64,000 nt of DNA from an uncultured Kiritimatiellota bacterium (GTDB lineage: Bacteria; Verrucomicrobiota; Kiritimatiellia; RFP12; DVOR01): NCBI GenBank assembly GCA_944389545.1, contig CALXMT010000001.1, forward strand, positions 138,682 to 202,681, given 5' to 3'. A program made the position numbers and the translations under genes. Shown in pieces: positions 18,013 through 27,274 of the stretch. Position 1 is the first letter of the stretch, and every line of letters starts with the position of its first letter. A model generated the notes under the pieces. That model was given only the letters and a program-made list of their open reading frames with translations, ran no database searches and was not told where the DNA came from.

Positions 18013-19593
18013 TTAGGCAAGCGGCTCAGCGGCGGTGCCGGTGAGGCGGCGGGTTTGGCCGTCGAAGGAGAGGCCGATGAGGTGCACCTCTTTGCCGGAG
18101 TGGCGGTAAGGCTCGGCGTAACCCTTTTCCTTGATTTGGGCAAGGGCCTCTTGGGGCGTGCCGTCGACCTTGAGTTCGAAGACGAAGACGCGTTCGGGGG
18201 TCTCGGCAACGAGGTCTGCACGCCCCTGAGATTGGCGATCCTCGGCGGTGACGCGGAAGGAACCGTCGGAGGTCAGCAGGACGTAGAGGATGCGCTGGAA
18301 GGAGAACTCCTGCACGCGCGCTTCTTTGGAGCCGTAGGTGAGATGGGCGTAGAGATCGGAGAGGTTGCCGAAGAAGGTGGCGAAGTCGGCCTCTTCCAAC
18401 GCTTGGCAGGTAAGATTGCGGTAACGATCACTTGGAGTCTCGGCGAACTTTTGGACGAGCAGGGAGTTGAGCGCGCGGCGGACCTCCTCGTCCGGGATGC
18501 CGAGGGTGAAGCGTGACCGGCGGTATTTCTTAATGGTCAGATAGCCGCCTTGGTAAAGCATGGAGATGGGCTGAATGTTCTCCAGACCACAAACGTCCAA
18601 ATCTTCCTCTGAAACCCCCTCAATGTGCTCATAGTCCAGCTCGACGAGTTGGTTTTTCGTGAAGTAGTTGATGACAGCGGAGGTCTGGCCGGTGGAAATC
18701 CATGTGCCGGTGAAGCGACGCTTCAATGCGCCGAGGGTTTGCCCAATGGCAAAGGGATTGTAGACTTTCTCCTCGCAATCCGGAGAGAAACGGTAACCGT
18801 TGTACCACCAGCGAAGCTTTTCGCGGTAATCCTCGTAGGAAAGGCCCATAACTTCGGCATGGCGGTGCAACGTCTTGCTGAAGTTGGCGCCCAGCTCCTC
18901 ATCGGTGTAACCAAGGAGCGTGGCGTAGCGCTCATCCATCGTCAGGTCGGTGAGGTTGTTGAGCGCCGAGAAGACGGAGAGTTGCGTGAAGCGCGTCACA
19001 CCGGTCATCATCATGAAGCGGATGTTGCCGACGTTGTTTTTAATCTCGCCGTAAAAGGCGGAGAGTTTGGCGCGGATAGCCTTGGCCTTGGCGATGTCGT
19101 TCAGCGCATGGCCCACGGGTGCGTCATACTCGTCGATGAGAATGACCACGGGTTTGCCACGGTCTTTGGCGAGGGCCTTGATTGCACGTGAGAAGTTGTC
19201 GTTCGGGGCAAGGGTCGGATTATAAGTGGCCTTGGCATCCTCAATCACTTCTTGCACACGCGCCACAAAACCGGCCTGAAAGGTCTCAAGGGTCGTCACA
19301 TCCATCGTGCCGAAGTTGAAGTGGAGGATGGGGTAAGATTCCCAATCGTAGTCCATCTTGTCGATGGCCAGGCCCTTGAAGAGTTCGCGCTCACCGCGGA
19401 AGAGACACTCCAGTGTTGAGATCATCAGCGACTTGCCGAAGCGCCGTGGCCGGGAGATGAAGAAGAAGGAGTCCCTTCCGCGCGTGACGAGCGGATAGAG
19501 CAATGCCGTCTTGTCCACATAACGGAATCCATCCTCCCGCATAACGCGGAAGTCATAGGTCCCTTGCGCAATCTTCTCTTCGTCTTCTACCAT
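18013..19593 (-). CDS. AAA-ATPase-like / PD-(D/E)XK nuclease fusion protein (DUF1703-type), paralog 2
   Basis: Same architecture as paralog 1. Contains a stretch identical to paralog 1 (the alt-frame ORFs 16919-17131 and 18723-18935 encode identical 70-aa peptides, so at least 213 bp is identical). Start set at the ATG with 'aaggag' RBS (MVEDEEK). An upstream in-frame ATG (MSKEF) is overlapped by the -10 box. Confidence 0.75.
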   Translation of the reverse strand: MVEDEEKIAQGTYDFRVMREDGFRYVDKTALLYPLVTRGRDSFFFISRPRRFGKSLMISTLECLFRGERELFKGLAIDKMDYDWESYPILHFNFGTMDVTTLETFQAGFVARVQEVIEDAKATYNPTLAPNDNFSRAIKALAKDRGKPVVILIDEYDAPVGHALNDIAKAKAIRAKLSAFYGEIKNNVGNIRFMMMTGVTRFTQLSVFSALNNLTDLTMDERYATLLGYTDEELGANFSKTLHRHAEVMGLSYEDYREKLRWWYNGYRFSPDCEEKVYNPFAIGQTLGALKRRFTGTWISTGQTSAVINYFTKNQLVELDYEHIEGVSEEDLDVCGLENIQPISMLYQGGYLTIKKYRRSRFTLGIPDEEVRRALNSLLVQKFAETPSDRYRNLTCQALEEADFATFFGNLSDLYAHLTYGSKEARVQEFSFQRILYVLLTSDGSFRVTAEDRQSQGRADLVAETPERVFVFELKVDGTPQEALAQIKEKGYAEPYRHSGKEVHLIGLSFDGQTRRLTGTAAEPLA

Positions 19594-19612
19594 GCCGAAC
19601 TCCTTGCTCATA

Positions 19613-19621
19613 GTATAGCAT
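19613..19621 (-). promoter_or_regulatory. Extended -10 element 'TGcTATAcT' upstream of paralog 2
   Basis: '...cgccccttatgctatactATGAGCAAGGAGTTCGGCATGG'. Confidence 0.4.
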
Positions 19622-19807
19622 AAGGGGCGACATCGCCGCCTCGGCACTACCAGTACCAATACTGTCCGTGGAAGTTTACCGCGAAGACGGTCTTGCGTGG
19701 AAACCCTACGGGCTCCATCGTTCCCGTTGGTGCGCCGCCCTTGGGATTTCCACGCTATCGCACTTTTAATGGAAGTTTGGAAGCTTGGAGGCGCATTTCC
19801 ACGAAAA

Positions 19808-19850
19808 CACGAAGGAGCGCATTAGGCAAGCGGCTCACCGGCACCGTTGC
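19808..19850 (-). pseudogene. 3'-terminal remnant of a third DUF1703-type paralog (last ~12 codons '...GNGAGEPLA*' after an in-frame stop) with conserved 3' flank
   Basis: 19770-19826 matches the 3' UTR and last codons of paralogs 1 and 2 ('ttccacgaaaacacgaaggagcgcattaggcaagcgg'), then diverges. Confidence 0.45.
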
Positions 19851-20313
19851 CGAGCCACTTGCCTAAGGTTGCACGACTTTACAAAGACATGAAGGGAGCT
19901 CCATTCTCCGGGGCGCCCCTTGTCTTGCGTGCGCTAGCACGCCTTTAATCTGCTCCAAATCTGTGCAATCTGCGGTTCTCCATCCCACGTCGCTCTTCAG
20001 GAGATGTAGGAGAAGCCGGAGCGCCCTTGCGGGGCGACGGAGGAAGTGCTGTGCAAAAGCGGCGTAAGCCGCGAAAAGCCAAGCCTCCAAGCTCTCAAAC
20101 TTCCTCATCCCCTTTTGACGCAGGAAAGTGGGGCGCGGGAGGGCGCACGACCGTGCGTCCGGCGTTAGCGCCCCACCTTTCCTGTAAGCGTTGCGTCTTT
20201 GCGGTTTCCTTTTTCCCGGGACTCCTACAGTGGCGAAGCAATAAAAAAGCCCCGAGACCGGTGGGTCTCGGGGCGTGGTTTGAGGTGGATTGAGAGAAGG
20301 GGGTGGAAGTGCC

Positions 20314-22065
20314 TCAGAGGGGGAGGCGGAGGGTGAAGACAGTGCCTTCGCCCAGGGTGGAGTGGACCTCGACGGAGCCGTGGTGGAGGAGGGCGATGTG
20401 CTTGACGATGGCGAGGCCGAGGCCGGTGCCGCCTTTCTCGCGGGAGCGATCCTGGTGGACGCGGTAGAAGCGCTCAAAGAGGCGGGAGAGGTGCTCGGTG
20501 GCGATGCCGCAGCCCTGGTCGGCGACGGTGATGACGGCGTGGCCGTCCTCAACCTGGAGGCCGAGGGTGACGGTGGGGGAACCGGAGTGGCGCAGGGCGT
20601 TGGAGAGGAGGTTGACGAGGGACTGCTCGAGGAGGTGGGCGTCACCGCGGACGGTCACGGCCGGGAGGGCGGCGGGCTCGGTGAGGAGCTTGACGCCGGC
20701 GCGGTCGGCATCGTCCTGAACGAGGGCGATGGCATCGGTGGCGAGGGAGTCGAGGCGGATCTCGGTGAAGTCCTTGGTGCCGGAGGTCTGGCGGCGCTCG
20801 ATGGCGGCTAGGGAGAGGATGTCCTGGACGAGGTCGTTCAAACGGCGGGCCTGACGGGAGAGGATGTCGAGGCAGTGCTTGCGGCCATTGTCATCGAGGG
20901 GAATCTCGGAGAGGGTCTCGACGGTGGAGAGGATGGCGGCGAGAGGGGTCTTGATCTCGTGGGAGACGTTGGCGACGAAGTCGGAACGGAAGGACTCGAG
21001 GCGGCGGAGGTCGGTGAGATCGGTGAGGAGGACGAGGATGCAGAGGGTGCCTTCGCGCTCCATGCGGACGGCGTGGGCGAGGAGGGCGCGGGGGGTGCCG
21101 CCGTCATCGAAGGGAATCTCGCGGCCATGGAGGGTGGGCTCGGTGAAGGCGCCGCGGACGTAGGCGATGAGCTCGGGGCAGGCGGTGCGCTCGATGCGGA
21201 AGCCGGGGGTGGCGACGGCCTCGCCGAAGAGGTCGGCGGCGGCGCGGTTGGAGCGGAGGATGTTACCGTTGGGGGCGACGAGGAGGAGGGGCTCGCGGAG
21301 GGTGTTGAAGAGGGTGTCGAAGTCGTCGCGCTCACGGCGGAGCTCGTCAATGCGGTTGCGGAGCTGGCGGCCCATGACGGCGATGGCCTTGGCGAGCTCG
21401 CGGAGGGGCCCGTTGCGGGGGACGTCGATGGGGGTGTCGAGGTGGCCGCGGGCGATGGCGACGGCGGAGGACTGGAGGGCGTTGAAGTGCGGGCGGACGC
21501 GGAAGAAGAGGTAGAGGAAGAGGGCGACGGCGACGATGAGGCCGGCGCAGAGGGCGAGGATGACGGTCATGCGGACCTGGTCGATGGCGGCATCAACGGC
21601 GGCGGTGGGGAGGGAGGCGCGCAGAATCCAGCCATCATGATCCTCAAGAGGCATGGCGTAGTAAAGAAACCACGCGTTCATGGTGGTGGAGTAGCGAGTC
21701 TCGAAGTCGCCATCGGCATCGATGGCCTGAACCTCGGGGCGGTCGCCGTGGTTGGCGAGGTTGGCGAGGGGCACATCGGATTCGGCCACGACCTTGCCAT
21801 CAGGAGCGATGAGGGTGAAACGGAGGGGCTTGCCGGTGAAGAAAGAGAAGTGTTCCTGGATGGCCTTTTGGTCGCCGGAGCGGAGGTCATCGTCGATGAC
21901 GCGGGCAACGAAGTGGGCGTCCTGGCGGAGGGTCTCCTGGGCGTCCTGGATATAGGCGTTCTCGAAGGCGCGGAACTGGTGGAAGAGGAGGCCGACGGCG
22001 ACAATGACAAGAACCAACACGCTAAGCGGGAAGGCAAGGAAGATTAAGTCGCGATGCTTCATCAT
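20314..22065 (-). CDS. Sensor histidine kinase (PhoR-like, two TM segments, HAMP, HisKA, HATPase)
   Basis: 'FVANVSHEIKTPLAAI' H-box and 'GGTGLGLAIVK' G2 box. Last gene of the pst-phoU-RR-HK string. Confidence 0.8.
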   Translation of the reverse strand: MMKHRDLIFLAFPLSVLVLVIVAVGLLFHQFRAFENAYIQDAQETLRQDAHFVARVIDDDLRSGDQKAIQEHFSFFTGKPLRFTLIAPDGKVVAESDVPLANLANHGDRPEVQAIDADGDFETRYSTTMNAWFLYYAMPLEDHDGWILRASLPTAAVDAAIDQVRMTVILALCAGLIVAVALFLYLFFRVRPHFNALQSSAVAIARGHLDTPIDVPRNGPLRELAKAIAVMGRQLRNRIDELRRERDDFDTLFNTLREPLLLVAPNGNILRSNRAAADLFGEAVATPGFRIERTACPELIAYVRGAFTEPTLHGREIPFDDGGTPRALLAHAVRMEREGTLCILVLLTDLTDLRRLESFRSDFVANVSHEIKTPLAAILSTVETLSEIPLDDNGRKHCLDILSRQARRLNDLVQDILSLAAIERRQTSGTKDFTEIRLDSLATDAIALVQDDADRAGVKLLTEPAALPAVTVRGDAHLLEQSLVNLLSNALRHSGSPTVTLGLQVEDGHAVITVADQGCGIATEHLSRLFERFYRVHQDRSREKGGTGLGLAIVKHIALLHHGSVEVHSTLGEGTVFTLRLPL

Positions 22066-22111
22066 GGCAGGAACGAGGGTTGGGAGTTTGGATAGTGTGA
22101 CCTAAGGGGAC

Positions 22112-22789
22112 TCAGCCGCGCATACGGTAGCCGACGCCGCGGACGGTCTCGAGGCGCTCGCCGAAGGGGCCGAGCTTGCGGCGCAGGTTGACGACCTGGA
22201 CATCGACGGCGCGGTCGGTGACGGGGTAGTCCTCGCCTTTGGTGCGAGCGACGATTTGGCTGCGGGTGTAGACGTGGCCGGGACGGGAGCTGAGGAGGGC
22301 GAGGAGGTCGAACTCGCCGCAGGTGAGGGAGAGCTCCTGGCCGGCGAGGACGGCGCGACGCTGGCCGGGGATGAGAGTGAGGGAGGCGTAGCGGATGATC
22401 TCCTCGGGCGGGTCTTCCTCGCCGCGGCGGAGGAGGGCGCGGATGCGGGCGATGAGGACCTTGTTGGAGAAGGGCTTGGTGACGTAGTCGGAGGCGCCCA
22501 TCTCGAGGCCGAGGACGACGTCGTTTTCCTCGCTCTTGGCGGTGACCATGAGGACGGGGACGGTGGAGAGGGCGGGGTCGGCCTTGAGCTTGCGAAGGAC
22601 GCCGAGGCCGTCGAGGCCGGGGAGCATCCAGTCCAGGAGGATGAGGTCGGGGCGGGCGGCCTTGGCCTTGGCGAGGGCCTGCAGGCCGTCCTCGGCCTCC
22701 TCGCAGGAGAAGCCGGCGGCGGTGAGGTTGATGCGGATGAGGTCGCGGATGGCTTCCTCGTCTTCGACGATCAGAATCATGTTTGCCAT
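22112..22789 (-). CDS. OmpR/PhoB-family response regulator
   Basis: 'MANMILIVEDEEAIRDLI...LILLDWMLPGLDG' receiver domain and C-terminal winged helix '...VETVRGVGYRM'. Start at ATG 22789, the first M of MANM. Confidence 0.85.
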   Translation of the reverse strand: MANMILIVEDEEAIRDLIRINLTAAGFSCEEAEDGLQALAKAKAARPDLILLDWMLPGLDGLGVLRKLKADPALSTVPVLMVTAKSEENDVVLGLEMGASDYVTKPFSNKVLIARIRALLRRGEEDPPEEIIRYASLTLIPGQRRAVLAGQELSLTCGEFDLLALLSSRPGHVYTRSQIVARTKGEDYPVTDRAVDVQVVNLRRKLGPFGERLETVRGVGYRMRG

Positions 22790-22814
22790 GACGGCTTCTC
22801 CTGGGAGGGGGTGG

Positions 22815-23480
22815 TTAGGCCTCGATGCGCTTCTGGTGGCGGACGATCTGGCCCTCTTCGAGGTAGACGACATCCTCACAGATGTTGGTGGCGATGTCGG
22901 CGATGCGCTCGATGCAGTGCGAGACGGTGACGCAGTCGAGGATGTAGGAGGCCTGGGCGGGGCTCTTAAGGAGCTTGTCGCGGGCGTTGGCGTAGTGCGC
23001 GGCATTGAGGGCGTCGACGGCGTCGTCTTCCAGGATGATCTTGCGGGCAAGATCGGAGCGGTGGCAGACGAAGGCGTCGAGGGAGCCGCGGAGCATCTTG
23101 TGGGCGCGCTCGAGCATGGGGGCGAAGTCGAAGCGGTTTTCGGGCTCGACGTGGGCCTCGGCCATGTCGATGGCGCGGGCGGCGATGTTGGAGGCCATGT
23201 CGGCCACGCGCTCGATCTCGCCATTGACCTTGAGGACGGTGACGAGGAGGCGGAGGTCGCCGGCGACGGGCTGATAGAGGGCCATGAGCTTGAGGCACTC
23301 TTCCTCGATGCTGACTTCCTCGGCGTCGATGGAGGCGTCGTTGGCGATGATGGCGCGGGCGTCCTCAGCGGTGCCGTCAACGGCGCGGATGGCGCGCACG
23401 AGGGCGCGGTCGGCGGAGGTGGCGAGGTCGAGCAGGCGCTGCTTGAGGGATTCGATCTCGAAGTTGAAACGGTCTCTCAT
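22815..23480 (-). CDS. phoU: Phosphate signalling complex protein PhoU
   Basis: 221 aa. Duplicated 'E..ERIADxAxNIAE' PhoU repeats ('IERVADMASNIAARA', 'IERIADIATNICEDV'). Confidence 0.85.
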   Translation of the reverse strand: MRDRFNFEIESLKQRLLDLATSADRALVRAIRAVDGTAEDARAIIANDASIDAEEVSIEEECLKLMALYQPVAGDLRLLVTVLKVNGEIERVADMASNIAARAIDMAEAHVEPENRFDFAPMLERAHKMLRGSLDAFVCHRSDLARKIILEDDAVDALNAAHYANARDKLLKSPAQASYILDCVTVSHCIERIADIATNICEDVVYLEEGQIVRHQKRIEA

Positions 23481-23523
23481 GATGGTGAATCCTCTGGTGT
23501 TGCGTTACGGTGACTATTATAAC

Positions 23524-24300
23524 TCAACCGAAGCGGCCGGTGATGTATTCCTCGGTCTTCTTTTCCTTGGGGGCGGTGAAGATCTGCTGGGTGGGGCCGA
23601 CCTCGATGATGCGGCCTTTGTAGAAGAAGGCGGTGCGGTCGCTGATACGGGCGGCCTGCTGCATGTTGTGCGTCACGATGACGATGGTGAAGCGCTCGCG
23701 CAGGCGGAGGACGAGGTCCTCGATCTTCAGCGTGGCCACGGGGTCGATGGCGGAGGTGGGCTCGTCCATGAGGAGCACCTCGGGCTCGGCGGCGATGGCG
23801 CGGGCGATGCAGAGGCGCTGCTGCTGGCCGCCGGAGAGGGCGAGGCCGGACTTGCGGAGCTGGTCCTTCACTTCGTCCCAGAGGGAGGCGCCCTGGAGGG
23901 CGGCCTCGACGCGCTCCTCGATCTCCTTGCGGCTGAGCTTGAAGTGCAGGCGCAGGGGATAGGCGACGTTGTCGAAGACGCTCATCGGGAAGGGGGTGGG
24001 CTTCTGGAAGATCATGCCCACGCGGCGGCGGAGGGTGAGGAGGTCGGTCTTGGGGTCGAGGATGTTCTCGCCGTCGAGGAGGACCTCGCCCTCGGCGCGC
24101 TGGCCGCGGTGGAGGGAGTAGATGCGGTTGTAGGTGCGCAGGTGAGTGGATTTGCCGCAGCCGGAGGGGCCGATGACGGCGGTGATCTGGCGCTCGGGGA
24201 TGTCCAGGTCGTTGTCAAAGAGGGCCTGGTGGCCGCCTTCATAGAAGAAGGAGAGCTTGCGGGCGCGGATTTTGATCTTGGGTTCCTGTTGGGTGTCCAT
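23524..24300 (-). CDS. pstB: Phosphate ABC transporter ATP-binding protein PstB
   Basis: Walker A 'GPSGCGKST', signature '[14 protein letters not shown]', Walker B 'LLMDEPTSA'. Confidence 0.9.
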   Translation of the reverse strand: MDTQQEPKIKIRARKLSFFYEGGHQALFDNDLDIPERQITAVIGPSGCGKSTHLRTYNRIYSLHRGQRAEGEVLLDGENILDPKTDLLTLRRRVGMIFQKPTPFPMSVFDNVAYPLRLHFKLSRKEIEERVEAALQGASLWDEVKDQLRKSGLALSGGQQQRLCIARAIAAEPEVLLMDEPTSAIDPVATLKIEDLVLRLRERFTIVIVTHNMQQAARISDRTAFFYKGRIIEVGPTQQIFTAPKEKKTEEYITGRFG

Positions 24301-24312
24301 AAGAGGGAATCC

Positions 24313-25233
24313 TTAGTGCTTCTTGTCGCGGAAAGCGACACGCGCGATGATGTTGATGGAAAGGACGAGGACGGCGATGACGAGCGAGGCGCCCCAACCG
24401 GCGGTCTGAAGGTCCTCGAAGTTGGACATGCCGTAGTTGTTGATCAGGACGGGGATGCTCGCGGTGGGGCCGTTGAAGAAGGCGTTGGGCCAGGTCTGGG
24501 CGAACTGCGCGGTGAAGAGCAGCGGGGCCGTCTCACCGGAGACGCGGGCCACGGAGAGGAGCACGCCGGTGACCATGCCGTTGCGGGCGGCCTTGCAGAT
24601 GATCTGCAGGGTCACGCGGCAGCGGGTGAGGCCCAGGGCCAGACCGGACTCGCGGAGCGTGTCGGGCACCATCATGAGCATGTCCTCGGTGGTGCGCATG
24701 ACCACGGGGAACATCAGGATGGCCAAGGAGACGGAGCCGGCAAGACCGGAGCTCGCGCCCATCGGCGCCACCAGGATCATGTAGACGAAGAGGCCGACGA
24801 CGATCGAAGGCATGCCCATCATCACGTTGGCGCTGAAGCGCAAGGCGTCGGCCAGGCGCGACTGCTTGCCGAACTCGGCCAGCCAGATGCCCGCGCAGAT
24901 GGCGGGGGGCACGGCGATGAGCGCGGCGAAGAGGGTGATGTAGAGCGTGCCGAGGAGGGCGTTGCCGATGCCGCCCTTGAAGCCGTGCGGCGCGGTGGTG
25001 GTGGTCAGGAAGTCCCAGCTCAGCGCCTCGGAGCCGCGCACCAGGATGGTGCAGAGGATCCAGAGCATGACGCCGACGGCGAGGGCGAGGGCGGCCACGG
25101 AGAAGGCCTGGACCAGGTTGTCCTGCAGCTTGCGCCAGAAGAGGGTCTTGTAGGGCGGGCGGCCCAGATTGATGAGCGCGGGGCCGGTGGGGGCGGTACG
25201 CTCGCCGACGGTGGGTTTGGAGATCGGTTCCAT
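24313..25233 (-). CDS. pstA: Phosphate ABC transporter permease PstA
   Basis: Polytopic membrane protein with EAA-like loop, positioned between pstC and pstB. Confidence 0.8.
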   Translation of the reverse strand: MEPISKPTVGERTAPTGPALINLGRPPYKTLFWRKLQDNLVQAFSVAALALAVGVMLWILCTILVRGSEALSWDFLTTTTAPHGFKGGIGNALLGTLYITLFAALIAVPPAICAGIWLAEFGKQSRLADALRFSANVMMGMPSIVVGLFVYMILVAPMGASSGLAGSVSLAILMFPVVMRTTEDMLMMVPDTLRESGLALGLTRCRVTLQIICKAARNGMVTGVLLSVARVSGETAPLLFTAQFAQTWPNAFFNGPTASIPVLINNYGMSNFEDLQTAGWGASLVIAVLVLSINIIARVAFRDKKH

Positions 25234-25234
25234 A

Positions 25235-26122
25235 TCACTTCTCCCCGCGTTTGGCGCTGGTCATGCGCAGGTAGTATTGCGCCAGGACCTGGATGGCGAA
25301 GGCCATAACCAAGAGGATGAGGCCCAGGGCGAAGAGGGCGCTACGCTGGATGCCGTCGGCCTCGGCGAAGTTGTTGGCCAGGGTGGCGGCGATGGTGGTG
25401 CAGCCATCGAGGAAGCCCACGGGCACCTGCATGATGTTGCCGGCCACGAAGAGGACGGCCATCGTCTCGCCGAGCGCGCGGCCCAGACCGATGAAGATGC
25501 CGCCGAGCAGACCGCGGATGCCGTAGCGCATCAGGATGTCGCGGGCGGTCTCCCACCGCGTGCAACCGATGCCGAAGGCGGATTCGCGCAACATGGGCGG
25601 GGTCATGCGGAAGACATCGCGCATCACGGCGCAGATGTAGGGCAGGATCATAAGGGAGAGGATGAGGCCGGAGGTCAGCAGGCCCAAGCCGCCATACTCG
25701 TGGTCCACGCCCAGGGCGATCCACAGCTTGTCCATCAGCGGCACGAGCACGAAGAGGCCCCACATACCGTAGATGATGGAGGGAATGGCGGCGAGCAGGT
25801 CAACGGCCTGCCCCAACAGACGCGAGAGCCACGGCGGGGCGTCAACGATGAAAAGAGCGGAGACGAAGGCCAGCGGCAGGGCGATGACCAACGCGATGAT
25901 GGTGGTGAAAACGGTGCCGGCGATGGAGGGCAGCGCGCCGTAAAGGTCACGCACGGGATCCCACTCGGTGGAGACGAAGAAGCCCAAGCCAAACTCGGAC
26001 CACGCCTCGCCCGACGCGAACGCCAGCTGGACAAAAAAGGCGACCATCAACAATCCGCACAGCATCGCGCAAATCTTGCACAGCCAGCGGAAGACCGGGT
26101 CGCTCCAGGCGGAAGCTCTCAT
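25235..26122 (-). CDS. pstC: Phosphate ABC transporter permease PstC
   Basis: Membrane permease. ATG at 26122 (MRASAWSD...). Confidence 0.8.
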   Translation of the reverse strand: MRASAWSDPVFRWLCKICAMLCGLLMVAFFVQLAFASGEAWSEFGLGFFVSTEWDPVRDLYGALPSIAGTVFTTIIALVIALPLAFVSALFIVDAPPWLSRLLGQAVDLLAAIPSIIYGMWGLFVLVPLMDKLWIALGVDHEYGGLGLLTSGLILSLMILPYICAVMRDVFRMTPPMLRESAFGIGCTRWETARDILMRYGIRGLLGGIFIGLGRALGETMAVLFVAGNIMQVPVGFLDGCTTIAATLANNFAEADGIQRSALFALGLILLVMAFAIQVLAQYYLRMTSAKRGEK

Positions 26123-26198
26123 AGGACTGTCTTTTAGGGGTTCAGAAGAGGGAAAAGGGGGAAGGGGCGGGGGCCGAGGCCCCCACCCCAAGGGCGGC

Positions 26199-27146
26199 TT
26201 ACTTGACGAACTCGTCCTTCAGCGTGCCGAGGAAGAAGCGGTTGTGCTTGGCGTCTTCCATCGTGAGGGGGGTGTAGTGGAGCTCCGTGGCCTTGGAGGC
26301 GCCGTCGGCGGAGAAGCACCACGCCACATAGGCCTTCAGGGCCTCCTTCTTGTCGGCGGGGATGTCATCGCGCACCAGGAGGTAGGTGGTGCCCACGAGC
26401 GGCCAGGTCTTGGCGTCGGGGTTCACCCAGGACTGATCGGCGGCCTGCAGCTGCACGGTGGTCAGCTTGGTCTCGATGGCGTAGGTGTACTCGGTGTAGC
26501 CGATGGAGCCCGCGGTCTGCTGCACGTTGTTGCAGACGCCGGGGTTCTTCTGGCCGCCGATGCCGGTGGGCCACTTCACGCTCTTGCCCGCGCCGATGGA
26601 GGTCGCCCAGTCAGGGGACTTGTCGGTGAGGTACTCGGTGAAGATGTTGGTGGTGCCCGAACTGTCGGAGCGGTAGACCACGGTGATCTTCTGGTCAGGC
26701 AGGGCGAGGCCGGGGTTCAGCGCCGTGATCTTGGCGTCGTTCCACTTGGTGATCTTGCCCATGAAGATCTCGGCGAGGACATCGTTGGAGAGCTTCAGCT
26801 GGCCGGAACCGATGCCCGCGACGTTGATGATCGGGGTGACCGCGCCGGTGACCATCGGGAACTGGGTCAGCTTGGCTTCCTTGATCTCCTCAGCCTTCAA
26901 GGGAGCGTCCGTGCCGGCGAAGTCGACGGTGCCTTCCTTGATCTGGTTGATGCCGGCGCCGGAACCGATGGACTGGTAGTTCACCGTGGCCTTGCCGGTC
27001 TGAGTGTAGATGTAGGTCCAAGCCTGGTAGACGGGGTCCGGGAAGGACGCGCCGGCGCCGTTCAGGGTGACCTTGCTGGCGTTGTCGCCGCAACCGGCCA
27101 CGAGGAGGGCCGCAGCGGCCGCGCAAGAGAGGATGCTCATCTTCAT
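26199..27146 (-). CDS. pstS: Phosphate-binding lipoprotein PstS
   Basis: Lipoprotein signal 'MKMSILSCAAAAALLVAGCG' and '...SGAGINQI...GSIGYTEYTYA' PBP motifs. Confidence 0.85.
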   Translation of the reverse strand: MKMSILSCAAAAALLVAGCGDNASKVTLNGAGASFPDPVYQAWTYIYTQTGKATVNYQSIGSGAGINQIKEGTVDFAGTDAPLKAEEIKEAKLTQFPMVTGAVTPIINVAGIGSGQLKLSNDVLAEIFMGKITKWNDAKITALNPGLALPDQKITVVYRSDSSGTTNIFTEYLTDKSPDWATSIGAGKSVKWPTGIGGQKNPGVCNNVQQTAGSIGYTEYTYAIETKLTTVQLQAADQSWVNPDAKTWPLVGTTYLLVRDDIPADKKEALKAYVAWCFSADGASKATELHYTPLTMEDAKHNRFFLGTLKDEFVK

Positions 27147-27231
27147 TGTCGTTACTCCTTGGTTAAAAGAACGCCCACAGTATCGCATGTTTGCGTACGT
27201 GGAATGTTTATGAATTGTGAGGATTTGGTTA

Positions 27232-27270
27232 AAGGCCCCGGTCGGGCTTGCACCCGACCCGGGGAACCAA
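27232..27270 (-). terminator. Imperfect GC hairpin 'ccccggtcgggcttgcacccgacccgggg' between the porin gene and pstS (possible attenuator or terminator)
   Basis: Inverted repeat read from sequence. A weak T-tract follows on the minus strand. Confidence 0.25.
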
Positions 27271-27274
27271 CCGA

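Noticed and set aside
10595-19860. Mobile-element boundaries (integrase, transposase, att sites) for the RM/ATPase-nuclease block
   Set aside because: No integrase, transposase or tRNA-adjacent attachment signature is visible. Mobility is therefore not claimed, and the flanking repeats occur genome-wide in this window.
27147-27274. Pho box upstream of pstS and the porin gene
   Set aside because: No convincing tandem CTGTCAT-type 7-bp repeats were found by eye. The regulatory site is left unassigned.
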